Shown here: piece after piece, positions 25,501-40,500 of the stretch
How the letters are laid out: each line of letters opens with the position of its first letter
How positions within the stretch are numbered: the stretch's first letter is position 1
Assembly (NCBI RefSeq): GCF_000002075.1
Contig: NW_004797796.1
Span: 489,305 to 553,304, forward strand
DNA from: Aplysia californica
Lineage: Eukaryota
DNA length: 64,000 bases
Reading direction: 5' to 3'
Notes under the pieces: generated by a model
What the model was told of the DNA's origin: nothing
What the model saw: the letters and a program-made list of their open reading frames with translations, nothing else
Database searches by the model: none
Program-made: the position numbers and the translations under genes

Positions 25501-28500
25501 TAATATTTTTCACTGGATCATATCAACTCCTTATGTTTTGTAGAATAGCTTGTTAGGATCGATTATGGAATTTAAAAAGTATCTTAATGATCATAGTCAG
25601 TATCAGTGAAGTAAATCTTAATTCTGTTTCCTCTTCTTTTCTGTTATTTCTTTCAATTGGATTTTGGCGTTGTGCAACATAAACCTTTTGTACCCTTCTT
25701 TCAAGTAAAGAAGTTTTTGAGGTTCACGCATTCCTGATCCTTCAGAAGGGAGGAACTTTGCTTTTACTCCTCTTAACACTTTCCCTACCGTGAGCTGCAT
25801 TTTGCGCTCGCGGACGTGGCCTCGCTAGACTGAGAGCCGCAAAATACGACTCGAGTGGCTCCCTATCTATTCCAATCCAGTAATGAGAAGACACGAAATT
25901 CTTGGCTGATCCACGTTCCCAAAATAATAGAAAAGACTTCCTGTTAGCACATAAGAAAGAAAATGTAGCACTGAGAGACGATTTTTAGTCATTTCAGCGC
26001 TTTTTTTGTCCCCTTCGAAACGTAAAAAAAGATTTTAAAAAGCGCTCCCCTGACTTCAGTATATGTCTCATATTTTCACTTCTGTATTAGGTACACATAC
26101 ATAACTTTCAGTATTTCTTTGCATTACTTGAGGCAACCTACCAGGGAAGTTTGAATGATGCTGTTGTACTTTTTTAGATATGACCTCTCAAAGCTGGAAA
26201 ATTGTGGATTTCATATGGCATCTTCGATATTGCATAATCACGTTTAGAACCCCCAAACTAATATAATTGGAGTAAATCTTCTATATTGTATCACCATCTG
26301 ATAGATTATTTTTTTTATCTTCAGTTTGATGGGCCGTATGATATGGTTTGTGTGTGTTTAGTTGGATGTTTTGACATTTTCCTTTGGTTGGGTAGGTCAA
26401 GGAAAAGCCCTTGGCCAGTGGTGGATTTTGGCCTGGTAGGAAAAGAGTTAAGTAAGGAGAAACAATCTGGGAGTTCCAGTTACTAAGTGAGAACATTATG
26501 GACTTATTGCCAGTTCAAAGTTCAAGAAAATGGGAATTTTTTTCAAATAGAATCATCAAGGTGTTCATAACTTACAAAAAATTTGAGGACTGTGTTCTAA
26601 CCAGCAGTGATCTCTATACTTGTACAACAAATTTGAGGACTGTGTTCTAACCAGCAGTGATCTCTATACTTGTACAACAAATTTGAGGACTGTGTTCTAA
26701 CCAGCAGTGATCTCTATACTTGTACAACAAATTTGAGGACTGTGTTCTAACCAGCAGTGATCTCTATACTTGTACAACAAATTTGAGGACTGTGTTCTAA
26801 CCAGCAGTGATCTCTATACTTGTACAACAAATTTGAGGACTGTGTTCTAACCAGCAGTGATCTCTATACTTGTACAACAAATTTGAGGACTGTGTTCTAA
26901 CCAGCAGTGATCTCTATACTTGTACAACAAATTTGAGGACTGTGTTCTAACCAGCAGTGATCTCTATACTTGTACAACAAATTTGAGGACTGTGTTCTAA
27001 CCAGCAGTGATCTCTATACTTGTACAACTTACATCATGGTGTACTCCTCCCACCTCCCTCCCCGAGGAAAAGAAAAAGAAAAGTTATTTACCAGTGCAAT
27101 TCAGTTCCTTTGACAAAATGGTGTTCAGCTCAGTGGTGTCAACATTATGCACTAACTTGACCTCTTCACCCAGGTTCTGAAAGACTATCCTGTGGAGATA
27201 TTATGTGCTCCGCCCACTGCGTACCGACACTTGGTGAAGGGTCACTTAGAACCGGGCATGTTAAAGAGTTTGAAACATGCGATATGTGGAGGAGAACCTG
27301 TCGTGAGTATGGCCTTGTAGCGGCTTTATCTTTTTTTAACAGCACGTTTTCTTTTATATTCCCAGGTGCTGGCTTCATACCCAGTTACGCACTTTTGTAG
27401 CGCTCCTTCAGGATACAGACTGTTAGTGACTCAGTCTCAATTTGCGCACCGCTACCCAGCTCTGAAATATTGCTTTGCTGCTGGTGAACCGTCTGTAAGT
27501 TTATGCATCTCACAGAATAATTAGCTTATTGCCTGCTAACCATAAGTCGTGCCTGTGTGCTGGGACAAATTCTCCAGGGGCCATGCCTGACATGACTCAT
27601 TTCTTTGAAGGGCAATAGCTCGCTTACTATTAGTGCTAGATATAGCAAAGCAATAGCAAATAGAAGAGAAATGAACATAAAATTCCCATGGTAGAGATAT
27701 TTTTTTTAGCTAGATATATTCTGCTAAATAATTTGACAGGTGAAAGTGAGTGAGTTTTTTTCTTGTAATTTGGAATGCTGACTGTGTCATTCAATACATC
27801 TATGTCTATTCTCTTTTGTACTTCTTCATTCCATCTTTTCTGTCTCCGCAACATTCTAAGAGTTCTTTTTATACATTTCATTTCAAAAGATGTAATCTTT
27901 TTTGTATCTTGTTCGTTGATGGTCCATGCTTCACCTCAGAATTCTTATTTTTGTATCTTTGCATTGGCCTTTCCAGACATATGTCATCTTTTTGAGTTTT
28001 GATAATAAGTAGTCTGTGTTGAAAGGGCACTAAACCCTTACACTTACTTATTAGTACATTCTTTCTCAGCGTCTATTCCATCTCCTTTTAGTTTTCTTGG
28101 ACTTTGTCAAAATTTTTCCTGTTTTTGTCTTTTATTACTCCTAGTCAATTTTGGAATGATTTGGCAAGTTTGTTTAATTCTTTGTACATTTCTCTGCTCT
28201 AGTTTTCTTTCATGTTTTTTTTTTCTTCTATTCTCTAACATTTTAAAAGTCAGGTATGTTTTCTTTTCTCCTCTGCGCTTCATCAGTCACTCGAGGCTGT
28301 CTTCTTTTGTGTATTTTCTTCAGGTGTTTTGATGCTATGAAAATCTTTTGTGCCTTGTTTGCAGTTTCACTTGGTTCTTTTTACTTCAATGTCCATGAGC
28401 AGTATTTGGAAACAATTTTTGACTTCATCTTTATAATTCTCTTCTTTGTCTTCTACATCATAACATTTTCTTACTTTTCAATCTTGGCTTTAGTATTCCT

Positions 28501-31500
28501 TCCAGGAGTTAAAGATCTGTGTCACAGTCAGCTTTTCGTTCGGTTGTAACATCTTGTATTACAGAGTTCCACCTCTTTTCCGTCATTATGCTGTCAGTTT
28601 GGTTTGGTTTTTTTTAAAAATCTGAAGATGTCCATAAATACAATCTTTTTGGGTACTTTTGAAACTTGCTGTTCAGTATCGATAGCAGGTGATTTGCTAA
28701 GTCAATAAGTGTACTTCCTCTTTGATTTCTTTTTCTTAACCCAAAGTTACCTACTGTTTCTTATTCTTCAATGTTTGTTTTTTCCTGCCTTGGCATTGAA
28801 ATCGACATTGCTTTACTAATATCAACAATGCTCTACTAACTAACATACCTTATACCACTCTTCACAGACTACAGTGGTTTCAGAATCATCAGCGGGTCCC
28901 ATGTTGGATTCTGTGTTTTTCTCAGTTGTGTCGAGAGCTTGTTGACAGAAGCACTTGTTGTAGTTTGCCATTGCTTTCTATAAGAGCAGTGTCCTTACTG
29001 GGCGGTTATCCTAGTCATTGACTGTCCTAGTCTCTGTCTTCATATGCCCGCCATGACATCACTGTGGGTGGTTGGCGAGTGCTCTGGTGTGGTTTGCTCC
29101 TTCTTTCGTATCAAACATTTATCGTCCTTATTTCTCATCCTTCTTTTTTGTGTATGTTTCTCTCTTGTAACACCAGTGGCGGTGGGTGGTGAAAGGCTCA
29201 TGGGCTTGAGCCCCCCCTCCCCACCCCCCACCCCCCAACTCTATCCCAATGTAAATGAAAATAATGAAATAATCTGTTGAAACTGTTATGATCGCAGGCA
29301 ATGAACACTGAGTAATCAACTTGGCGGCTTGCTTGTTTATCCAATCACTGTTGTCACCGCTTAGAATTATAATAACCTAACAGCCAATCAAATGTTGTTA
29401 GGGATCAGAAAAGGTAAGCCCGTTCCCACGCTCCCTTCGTAATGAAACCCCTCTTGTAAAAAGGTAGAAGACTTGAAAAAAATAACACTGCACGGAGGGC
29501 TCATGCTCTCCTAGCCCTGACAATGGGGTGAAAGTTTACGACACACTTTCCCCCAGGGACATTGGACCTTTGTTGTGCTCTGTACTTTCCACGACTACAC
29601 GGCCTAATCCAGCTAATAAATGATGTTTGGAGTGCTTTGTGTGCATGTTTGTGTGTGTGCCGCTGAGATTTAACAGCAATTAATTACATCAAACCACTTT
29701 TGAGACAACTTTTTCTTTGGCTGAAAATTCATTAGAGAAATTTGGAGGTTAAACGGCTTCGTCCCCACAATCCAGAAGAATTTAAACAAAGAGATGGAAG
29801 ACAAAGGTGACTCGCCTCGTTTGAATGCTTCTCAAAATGCCGTGGCTCATAACAAGTTGTGCAAGTAAAAATTGTCATTGATGAGCTGTGACGTAGGCCA
29901 TATGCGTAATCAAAATGTGTGTGAGAAGTGGGAAGTGCTGTGAACAATACCATTTTACGTGTGACAGAGATTTCAAGTATTTTATATAAATTTATGAAGA
30001 AAAGATTTTTAATCTAACCCCAATAGTTCTAGAAAAATATGATTTAATTAAGACAGATTGATACAAATTGCTATGCAAAGTATGGATGACATTGATTCAC
30101 CTGTTAAAGAGATATTTGAGGATAAGTTACACCTCAAATTTTTGACGGCACTATAGGCCTACTGGCTTTTGTAGTTTGATTTTTGCCAGTATTTCAAAGT
30201 GGAGAAGTGTGCAAAGGCCTTAGTTGGAATCCAGTTTTGTTTTTTTTGGTAGACGAAAAAGATAAAAGAAAAAGAACAAGGGCAACCAAAAAAGAAAAAT
30301 AGAAAAGAAGGAATCATTCTATATTGATCTGTATGATGCAAAAGGGATAAATTAATGTGAGCAGTAGGTATCATAATGGAACTAATTTAGCCGTATTGCA
30401 TAATTCAACTTGTAACTTTTTTCTATCACTGCATTGTGATGTAGAGTTTTGAACTTAAGTTTCGAAAGTTGTCTTTTTCTGTGTATATTTTTGAGTCACT
30501 TTTCTCTGTTTTGGAAATTTTCTTTAATATCTTGATTCCTTATCATTTTGGGTGTTTTTAAAATCTATTTTTTTCATAACTTTAGCACCAGTGCACCTTT
30601 TATTCATGATTTTAATTTTATCCCTTTTTTTACAACGTTAATTTTACTGGAATGTAGATAATGCATGGACTTTGATAGTTTTAGTGGATATTCCTTTCTA
30701 GGCAGTGTTTTCTTTGTTTTTTCAGAGGAATACTAAACGTGTTTGAGTCTTTGGTAAATCTGTTTGAGCTCCTCTTGAAATGTAGATAAAAAAAACAGGA
30801 GAAAAGACAGAGATTGAGATCTTGGTTTGAGGAATCAGTACATTGACCTATTTGACTTTGGTTAGTTTGACTGTATGATTTGTTCTCTTATACGGGGTGC
30901 CTAGTGTGGATGGGATCGAGTCGCCCGTAGCTGTTTTGCGCCGTCAATCTGACCAGCAAGCCGCCCCGCCCCGACCCAGTCCCCCAATGGGCACACCCCG
31001 TATTAGCACTAAACCTTTACTGGAAGAATACTTTCTTTTCTGTGGGTGTCTTTCACTTTAACCCCAATACTTTTAACTTCATATCTTTGTACACTCTTAC
31101 GTGTCTAACTAATCTAATAATTGCTATGATGTAGTAAGCTCTTTAGTTGTATTAAAATGTAAGAGCATGTGGCTGGAAATATCTCTTTACATCTACATTT
31201 GCATGAAGCTGTCCTTGATTAACCTTTGGGGTTTGGATATTTTTGGTCTGATCACATTTATTCTTTTTATGTACTCTTCTCTTTCTGTCTCAGAATGTTT
31301 TTGTCTTTTTTTACCCTCCATCAGGTTTTTCGATCTTGCTCCTCCTTCCGATGAGGTAGTAAAACGAGTTTACCAATTTCTAAAGGTTTTTGTTCTGTTG
31401 AGTGCCATCACCAATGTGTTTCTCTGATTATATAGATTCAGCTTTTCAATATTTGAGTCTCAAATACTTTTCAAAAATCTGTTTTTTTACAGTACTTTTA

Positions 31501-34500
31501 AATTATGAAAAATATTTCTTTTACTCACTATGTGATCATCTAGAATGGTAACAATGTAACATTGTACTAAATGAATGAGCTTTACCTGTTTTGACTTTTG
31601 TGAATCGGTCCACAAAAAAATATTGACTGAAATGAAAAGTAGTGCTTGAGATTGAAACTCTTCAAATTTAATCTACAGTAAGAAAGGTTCATGATTTGTA
31701 TTTTTATGTCAGATTTCAAAAGCTACTCATAAAAGCAATGCCCTTTTTGTTCAACACCTTTCTTCTGAAATATTTGACTAAATGTTATGGTACTATGAAA
31801 GTCATACTTTTTCTTAAAGCATTGTTCGATTTTATCTTTGGTATTGTTGTGAGTTTATTTTGAAGAAGTTGCGACCAATGTTTTTTTCCCATTCCTTTAA
31901 GTGGTAGATGAATGTGTTTATTGGTGACATACACTTAGTTCTAAGAACAAGGCGGCTAACCCAGATTTCGGGGGTTTCCAGAAATCTTGACCTACACCAA
32001 AAGTGGGCATTGCCCTTCCTATAGGAGAAGTTTGGATTCATTGGTGTGTATATTTGTTTGGTTTTAGAGAAAACTCTCCTGGTCATTTAGAGAAACTGAA
32101 CAAGGGGCAAAAACTTTACCTTCGATTTTCTCAAAACAGCATTTTTTTGGGATAGCCTCCTTGTGCTTAAAAGCGACCAATTTACGTGTTGCTCATAACC
32201 CTGCAAGTGGTTTTTAAGGCACACTGGTAGATCCTACTTCTTTTCTCTTCCTCTGTTGTTTCTGTCTGTTTATTAGTCTTGCTCTTCTCCTGTACTTAAT
32301 GGCCATTATTGTGTTGTTCTTCTTTTAATTTTTCTCACCGGACATGTGCCAGTTTTTGAAATGGGATAATAGTCTAATGGCCCTTTCATGCATTATAAAA
32401 TGATCCAAGAGATTTTTGTGGGCTATGGTATGAGCCTGATGGCCCTTTCATGCATTATAAGCTTATTCAAGAGACAGGACCACCTAATTTAATGTCCATT
32501 TCTGATAGGACAGAGCCATGCTGGTAGACTGCTCGTACAACTCAAGTTCAAGAATGTCTCTTTTTGGGATCTCAAATGGAGCGGCCAGCACTACAGTCTT
32601 GCATGATGCAGAGATTATGGCCTGCACCCAACACCTCCCCCAACCCCCAGTTATAGGAGGGACAATGCCTTTTTTTTGGCTCTCTCTCTATACCATGGCA
32701 TTTCTGATGCAAGGAAGGCATCATGTCTCCATGCTCACTATGTTTGTTTTCTATTTAAATCTTTTTTGTGCTGATCTCTCAGCCAAGGATCTGGTCCTGT
32801 AAAAAACAGATAGTATAAAGAGTGTACTTTGTTAGCCTTTTAGAAATTTCCTGTTTATGTTTTAGTGCAGAGGTTAAACAACGGCCTGTTCTCCTTCTTA
32901 ACTTGAGCCAATATGCGAAAGGTTGTCTTTTGTGTATTGTTAGAACCCAGAGATGATAGAGCTGTGGAAAAAAGGCACAGGGCTGGACATTCATGAAGGA
33001 TATGGCCAGACCGAAACCGTAAGTACCCATTGCTGTTTCAGATATGAAAAGGGAACAATGTTTTATGACAAATGGAGAGTACAATAAGTCTAGTGCTATA
33101 AAACCTGGCTTGAAGGTACCCAAATGGACCATCAGGACCACCATTGTCTGTTGTGAGTTATGTTTTGTGAGGAGGAGCCAAGGACGGTCTTGCATTCGAT
33201 AGTCAAAGTATACAGTAGAAAAGATACTTTTTCGGTCCGTTACTCTCCTATTCTTTTCCTCATAAACTGCCTGGCCTTCATAACATAATTTTTTGCACAA
33301 TGTGTGTTGAGGTACTGTGTTCACAGTGAAACATGGTTTTTGTGTGCATCACCTTCCCATGGCACATGACTGAGAGAAAGCAGTTTAATATTTAAGCCCT
33401 GGGCCCCTTAGCTTGCAGGATCTGAGCACCAGAGCTCCCATGGTTTGAATTCTAGACTTCTTACACCTTACATGGAGACTCAGGTTCCATGCTGAAAATG
33501 GCAAAGGTAGTGCATTCTCAGGTGTGCTCTCAGTTTAGGGATGGGGTAAAGAACCTTCAGACACCTTTTCTACTCAGATTTTACACATTTGCATTGTCAT
33601 ACTCTGTAAAATACCAAGTTTTGCTTTGGAGTCTTTTTCGGGGCTATGAGTATACTTGTTGGATTACTGGTCCTGCCTTGGTGAAGACTCACGTCAGACA
33701 CAAATGTAAACCACTCAGCTCTACGTGTGATTCATAAAATATGGAAATGCAGCAATGGGTAGCTCTGGTTGAAAATTCAGTTTTCCTACAAAATGGTTGT
33801 TTGTTTAGTTTTGCAAGTACAACCACTTGAAAAAATATGGCAGTGTGAGATTGGGTCTGGCTGTCAGAATCCAAGCGTCGAAGCTGCTTGTGATAGTCAT
33901 GCAACTAAAGGATGGTTTCTTGTCACACAATAATTTCTTTGCACATCAAGATAAAACTATTGTTTTATAAAAGTGCTTAAAATTTTCAAGAATACTTCTA
34001 TAATAATTATTGCATTTATATAGCACATTTCCATACTCTGCTGCATGCTCTATGCGCTTTACAGCCATTATTACCCAAACAGACGCTAGAACACTCAGAA
34101 ACATTCTCAGCTTTCCACGAAGCATACAGTGCAAGCTGTGGATTTTACGCTTTCAAACACTGACAAACTGACAATATCTTTCGCAGTCTATATCCAGGTA
34201 CCCATTCCCACCTGGGTGAAGTGAGGAAAATTTGTGTAAGTGTGAAGTCCCTTTCCCATGCCAGTGCCACATCAAAAGCTAAAGATAAATGAAGGAGTGA
34301 CAACTCTTTGAAGAGTACATTGTAATTCATAATCATTTAACATGGCTGTCCCAGGACTAGCATTTTGTCCATGGAAAAATTGTCATCAATATGAAAGATG
34401 AAAAGAGGAAGCAGTGAAAGTACTTGTGCTTTTTAAGCTGATACTCGTTTTGTATGCAGTTTACATATGGTGCATGAGAAATGTGCTTCTATGTATTGAA

Positions 34501-37500
34501 ATTGATATATTTCATTTTAAGAATGGAAATGAATAAAATAAAAGACTTCATTGTTATAGAAAAGTGAATTATCAATATTTTAAAAGATATCCCCTGGGCA
34601 GTGAATGAGTGGTGTTATCTGTTCCTTTATTAGTTGCTCTGCATGATGGCTGTAGTAAAGATTTACCCATGAAAACGAATACTTTTCTTTCTTTACTGTT
34701 ATAAAGTGTACCTCATGCATTCTGTTGTAAAAGTTTCAAGTAGGTCTTTTTCCTCACATTTGCACTATTGTAAACAACTATCAATACAGGGACAGTACTG
34801 CTGTAAGCTGATAAAATGCCTGTTTTTGCATTTTGACGCCAAATTTTTCTATTCGTTAAATCGAAAACCTCATCAGTGACCCTACTTGTGTGTAAAAATC
34901 AAAGTGAATCTGTGACTAGTTTTGTAATAAATTGGTAATCAAATTTAGGAAAAACTCCTTTAAATGGTTACGCTGACAAAACGCCTCTATCTCGAAACAA
35001 CTGAATGAAAAAAAGGCGTTTTGTCAGCTTACGGCAGAGTAGTGTCTTTCACTTCACGGTCACAAGTTTGTTGATGATTTTTTTCTCCTGCAGACCCTGA
35101 TATGTGCTCGCTATGCATGCATTGATTACAAACCAGGCTCAATGGGCAAAGCCTCACCAGGCATTGACCTGGCTGTTGTGGATGATGATGGGAACGTTCT
35201 GGAACGCGGAACAGAGGGTAACCTGGCTGTGAAGGTGAAGCCTCATCGACCTGTTGGACTCTTCACTCACTACTTGGTCAGTATTAAGCTTTGGTCTGTA
35301 TTTTAGTTCACTGGTCATTGTCTTGCTACCTACCTTTGATCCTTTTATAAGGGGTTGTTTACTTTTGATCTTATCACCAGGACTGTTATTTTGTCTGTCA
35401 TACATTTCGCCTCATGGGCAGTTCATAAACACCAATGAGGTCTGTTCTGTCTTAATTCTCTTTGGTGTCACTACTGTTCTCTCCTAATCTTATATAAACT
35501 GCTGGTGATTGGAGGAAGTCTCTTGTAGGTCCTTTTTTTTTTCCCCTCTGTTGTTCTATCTTACCTTTTCCTTGCTCTTACCATCTATTTTTATGATAAT
35601 GTGCTTCTCTTCGATATAGAACTAAAATTCATGAAATGGATTAGTCATAGTGCAGGTAGAAACAGATTGTTGTAGTCTCCTCAAATTTTCTGATGACTTC
35701 CACTTTGGTTTGCTAGCCTATTATTAATGGCTTGTCTTAAGTTTTTGTGAACCAATTCCTACCTAGAGGTGTTGATTGTTGCTTCTCCTGTAGACCCTAT
35801 AGGGTCAAGGACTGTTGCTGTTTCACCGTGAAGTCGCTGCCATCTTATTTCTATAATTTTACTTGTTCAATGAATGTATAGTTTTGTTCTTTAGATTTTG
35901 AATAAACTGAGCCTCTGTTAAAGTTTGTTTTCTCTCTGGAATCTGTCTAAAGGTCTACTTTGTGTGATTCTATTTAATTTCAGAAATCTCATTATTTTGG
36001 GGAAATGGAGGAAATTTTAAGTCTTTATTGGGAGGCAGTGGTGTATCTAAACTGTCAAAGTATTGTCTTTGTAGGAAGGCAATAGTTTATTGAAATGATG
36101 GAGTCAGTTAAAGCCTAAATAAAAATTCTAATGAAGGAGGAAGTTTTGTGCTGATGATATTCCCAATGGAGAGTTTGAGGACATTTCTGTGATGAGGAAA
36201 AGCCAATTGTTGGTATGGCCATGATATTTTGCATGTCTATTTTCCTTTGTTCGTAGCTGACCTGGCATAGCTTTGCTGGTGAGATGGTTTAAACATTGGT
36301 CGTCTCTTAATTTTTTCAATGGATGGTCTCTGGGTGCTGTGGTGTAGTCTGCACCTGCTATTTTTCTTCATTCGTTGGTATTTCTGGTTTGTCTCTGACT
36401 GAGTCACCTTCATTGTGTTGATCTGATATGAACAATTACGCAGCAATGTGCTCATTGTCTCTGACAAGCCAGTAAACAACAAACTTATGAATGCTTGGTG
36501 GGTGCTTTGGTGTTGTTCACTCCTTCTTTGCTATCAAACATCTATCGTCCTTATCTCTCCTCCTTCTTTTCTTTGTACGACACTTTCTAGTTATACCTCT
36601 TATCCTTGGCACTTGTGTGATCTGTGTTGCAAGTGTCATAGAACTCTTACTAAAACAAAACTCCAACTAAACATAATATAATATGAATGAATTAGAGAAA
36701 GTTATTCCGTCAATGACATGCTCATGAAATGTGAATGCATGTACTCTACAGAATGAACCAGAACGCACAGCTGCTGTTTTCAGGGGAGATTACTACCTGC
36801 TTGGTGATCGATGCTACATGGATGAAGAAGACTATGTCTACTTTGTAGGGCGAGCAGACGATGTCATAATTTCATCAGGGTATTTTGTTTCTATCTGTTC
36901 CTTTACTGATATTTTGAGATTATAGTCTGCTTTAGTTTTTTAAAATAGTTTTTTACATGTGTGATGAGTGATTTTGTTAAGGTCACTTCTTGTCCGAACC
37001 TATTTGGATTGCTTCCTGGGCTTTGGCTGCTCCTATAGTTGAAGTAGGCATTACTTATTATAGGAGATCTTGTTTTACGGTGATAAACCACAATTTTAAG
37101 GATTAAATGAAGAACTGACAGAATCATGTCAAACTTGTAGTGTAACTCTTTTAGTATAAAAATACCCTTCGATATCAGCATAGCCTAGAATTGTATATTG
37201 TATTGGCCTGAATTCATACCTGTAAATCTTCCGCCAATAGACGGAAATCCGCCAATCGTAAAATCTCCCCTTTTCAAGGGAACCAAACGCCGCTCAGAAA
37301 TTTTGATAGAAAACCATCGCTGATGGCTCTTGTTAGCTCCATTCAGACACTCTTTTTCCGACCCTTATATTTATTTGTATTTGCCAAAATGTTTGGCGGA
37401 ACTTTTTGAATTCAATTGTTGTGGAGAATAATGCGAAAGATAATTCTTGCGTACTGTACGGAGTACGGGCCGAGGGCGAATCTTCGGCGATTTGAAATCT

Positions 37501-40500
37501 GATTCTTGAATTTCTTTCTCATTCTCTCTCCATTGTTCGTTCGAATAGGATGGCCTCTTGAGTTGATTTATGATTTTTGTGGAATTTTAACTTTGATACA
37601 TTTGATTTTCTATTAGGATTGTGTTCTATTATATTATTGTGAGTGTGTTATCCATAGGTTACCGTATTTTGGCTAGATCTAGATGTAGATAGATTCTAGA
37701 TCTCCATGTCCAGTATGGCAGGCCTTGCTTTTGTGGATCGCAACAGCGATTTAAAGGCAATTGAAAGCAAGCCCCACAACCCCCCCCCATCATTACTGTA
37801 TAAAGTAGTTTATTTTGGGTGAGTTAATTTCATTTCATTTTTATTTTCAGGCATTTTTTTTCTTATATTACTGTTATTACCAGTTTGTGTCACTGTATAG
37901 ATCTATATGTGTTGCTTTTATCAACTATTCGCACATTGTGTCTTTTGGCAGTTTTTGCGTTTTATGATATTCGCGTCGATGAGTTCAGACAATTTTTTGA
38001 TTGGCCATTTACAGGTATGTGAATTGTATATTGTATACGTTTGCAAGCAAAGCAGTAAACTAATACTAGCAAATTTTGTTCCGAAATGCACATTGTTTAT
38101 TCCTGAATACGAATCCATGCTGTGTTTGTTGCTAGAACGTCCTACAGAAGAATTAGAGCCAGGTCATTAGCGTGACTTACATGTAATGTCCTAAAGGCAA
38201 CCTGGAGCGATAAATTTTGCCAACCGCTTTGAAGTCCATGATAAAGCACAAACCTAAAAATCGTGCTTTTTCATGATGTACCTGCTACTTCATAAGGCAA
38301 CAAAGGGGTTAAGAAAAGAATTTATCATAAAACAATTGTTGTGAATTAGAATCTGGCTTCTGTATCAAATTTAAGTATTTTCTCATTTGCGTAAATATAT
38401 GATTTTGATCAATTTATTAGGAACTTCAATACCATTTTTAAAAAATGCAATAAAAACACCAACGTTTAGAGGTTGCTCTTGGAACGAGTGTCTCATGTCA
38501 AGTGTGTTGGGAGTTGAAAATTTGTCTGAAAAACTTATATAAAAGGTTAAACAATATATTTATAGCATAATATCGTCTTATAAAATAAAGGTTCTAAACG
38601 TTTATAAAAAGAAGGGAATTTAAAGTTTTCTTAAAGAGAAACATTGCCCCAAAAGATATCAAGTGAAACTGGGTCATGCTCAAAATTTACCCCTTGAATC
38701 TTTTGGAAGGAGGACATTTCTTTTTAAATCTTTCATGTAGCTTGCATTTAGACCTCAGAGTGGGATCGTAGGATGAGTTTTGTGTTGTAAAATTTGATTT
38801 CTTAAGTTGTGGGTTTTTTTCAGTTTTGGCTTTGTCCTAATCTACTTCCGAAGTTGTATCCGTTGTCTTGCTAACTTGCTATGAATAACAACTGGATGAT
38901 AATTTCTATCATCTTAGATATCGCATTGGCCCATTTGAAGTGGAGAGTGCTCTCCTGGAACATCCTGCAGTGTTGGAATCTGCTGTTGTGAGCAGCCCAG
39001 ATGACATCAGAGGAGAGGTAATGGCTTTTTGTTGGTGGTTTGCGGATACTCTGGTGTAGGTTGCTCCTTCTTTCCTATCAAACATCTATCGTCTTTATAT
39101 CACTTCCTTCTTTTCTTTGATGTTACTCTCTAGTAACACCTCTCATTTTCGGCACTTATATGACTTAATTGTGTTACAAGTGCCGTTAAAGTCCTACTAA
39201 AACTAAAAGTAAAAGGCGGTTCATGAACCAGCATGAGTCAACGAGTCGCATCTAGTATTCATACACTTCTTTTCAGTATTACTCTTCCCTTGTCAGCTTT
39301 GGATAAAATGCGACTTTTGTTATTGTTGTTCTTTGAGTACCTAACACTGACAACACAAGCCCAACCGAGCTTGGTGCTTTAAAAAAAAAAACTCTCATAA
39401 GATGATTATTGCATATCTTTGTACCTTTTCAACTTGGACATGGATGTTTCTGGGGCAGATTCAGTTGGTATCATTCTGGTTCTGGGCCACTGTGCAGATG
39501 ACCCTTATTTGAATCTCCTGTGGGGAGTGGTTGAGGGAGTTTTATAGGCTCTCTTCTCACTTGGCTTGGTCCTACTGCAGATGGACTATATATTTGGAGG
39601 TCCCTGTTCTGGTATAATCTTACCTTCACATTATTTAAAATGGGTATCTGATCATAAAAGGAAAAAGGTCTGGGCATGTCTCCTCTCAACACTTAACAGT
39701 AGGATCAAACGAAAAGGGATGATGTTCAGGGGATTTAATGTCTTATTGTAATGTTTGAAGGAAGACATTTGTAAAAGCTGATGTTTTCTACTCTTGTATC
39801 TGACATAATTTCATAAATGGGAGGGAAATGTTTGAAGCATGAGATTTAGGACCTGCGCTAATATTGATTTGTTGATTTTTCTGGAGTAAAAAGATTAATT
39901 TTTCAACTCTGGGTTGGTTGGAGGGTTCAGTCATAGGTCTTATTTTTATGACATCCATCTGCTTTTCTGCCTGTCTCTCTTACTTTTTTCCTAGCATTCC
40001 ATGACTGTTGCTGTGCCTATAGGCTTCTCTTTCATTCAAACTTAAAGTGCTGTATATTGGACAGAATAGTCGTCTGAAAGCTAACTGTAAGACTAGTATG
40101 CTTTGTGTGGTTGAAGTTCAAATTCTCTTAAGTACAGTCTAAGACTGTATGCAAAATGATGATTCACTCCTTTTCAAAGTTTATTTAATTAATCGTAGTT
40201 GATTTTACAACCCCATCTACACAGTTTGGATCATTTAGGAGGTGGGCTTAGACCCTGCCTGTCAGGCCAACCCAGGCTGAGAGAGAAACAACATCTCCCC
40301 AAAAAGACTGAGATACTTGATAAAAATTCTTCGTATTTGGGAATCGAACTCGGGGGCTCTTTTCTCCAAAGGGTGACCGTTCAAGACAGTTTCTACTGTG
40401 TGTGGTTAACCTATGCATTTTCTTGTTTGAATTGCAGGTGGTCAAAGCGTTTGTGATTCTGAGCCCAGATTATCGGAATACAGACCCAGAGACCCTGGAC

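Noticed and set aside
23494-26450. Possible TTAA-flanked piggyBac-type element spanning the A-B-A region
   Set aside because: The terminal match (ttaaccttttc versus gaaaagagttaa) is too short and imperfect to support.
26579-27028. CRISPR-like array
   Set aside because: Units are contiguous and identical with no unique spacers, there are no cas genes, and the context is a eukaryotic intron.
32779-33324. 181 aa minus-strand ORF
   Set aside because: Antisense to ACSM coding exon 10 with no recognisable motif; likely a chance ORF.
35500-36450. Degenerate minus-strand LINE remnant (similar hints at about 3450-3900 and 47760-48000)
   Set aside because: Composition is suggestive, but I could not read a diagnostic motif with confidence.
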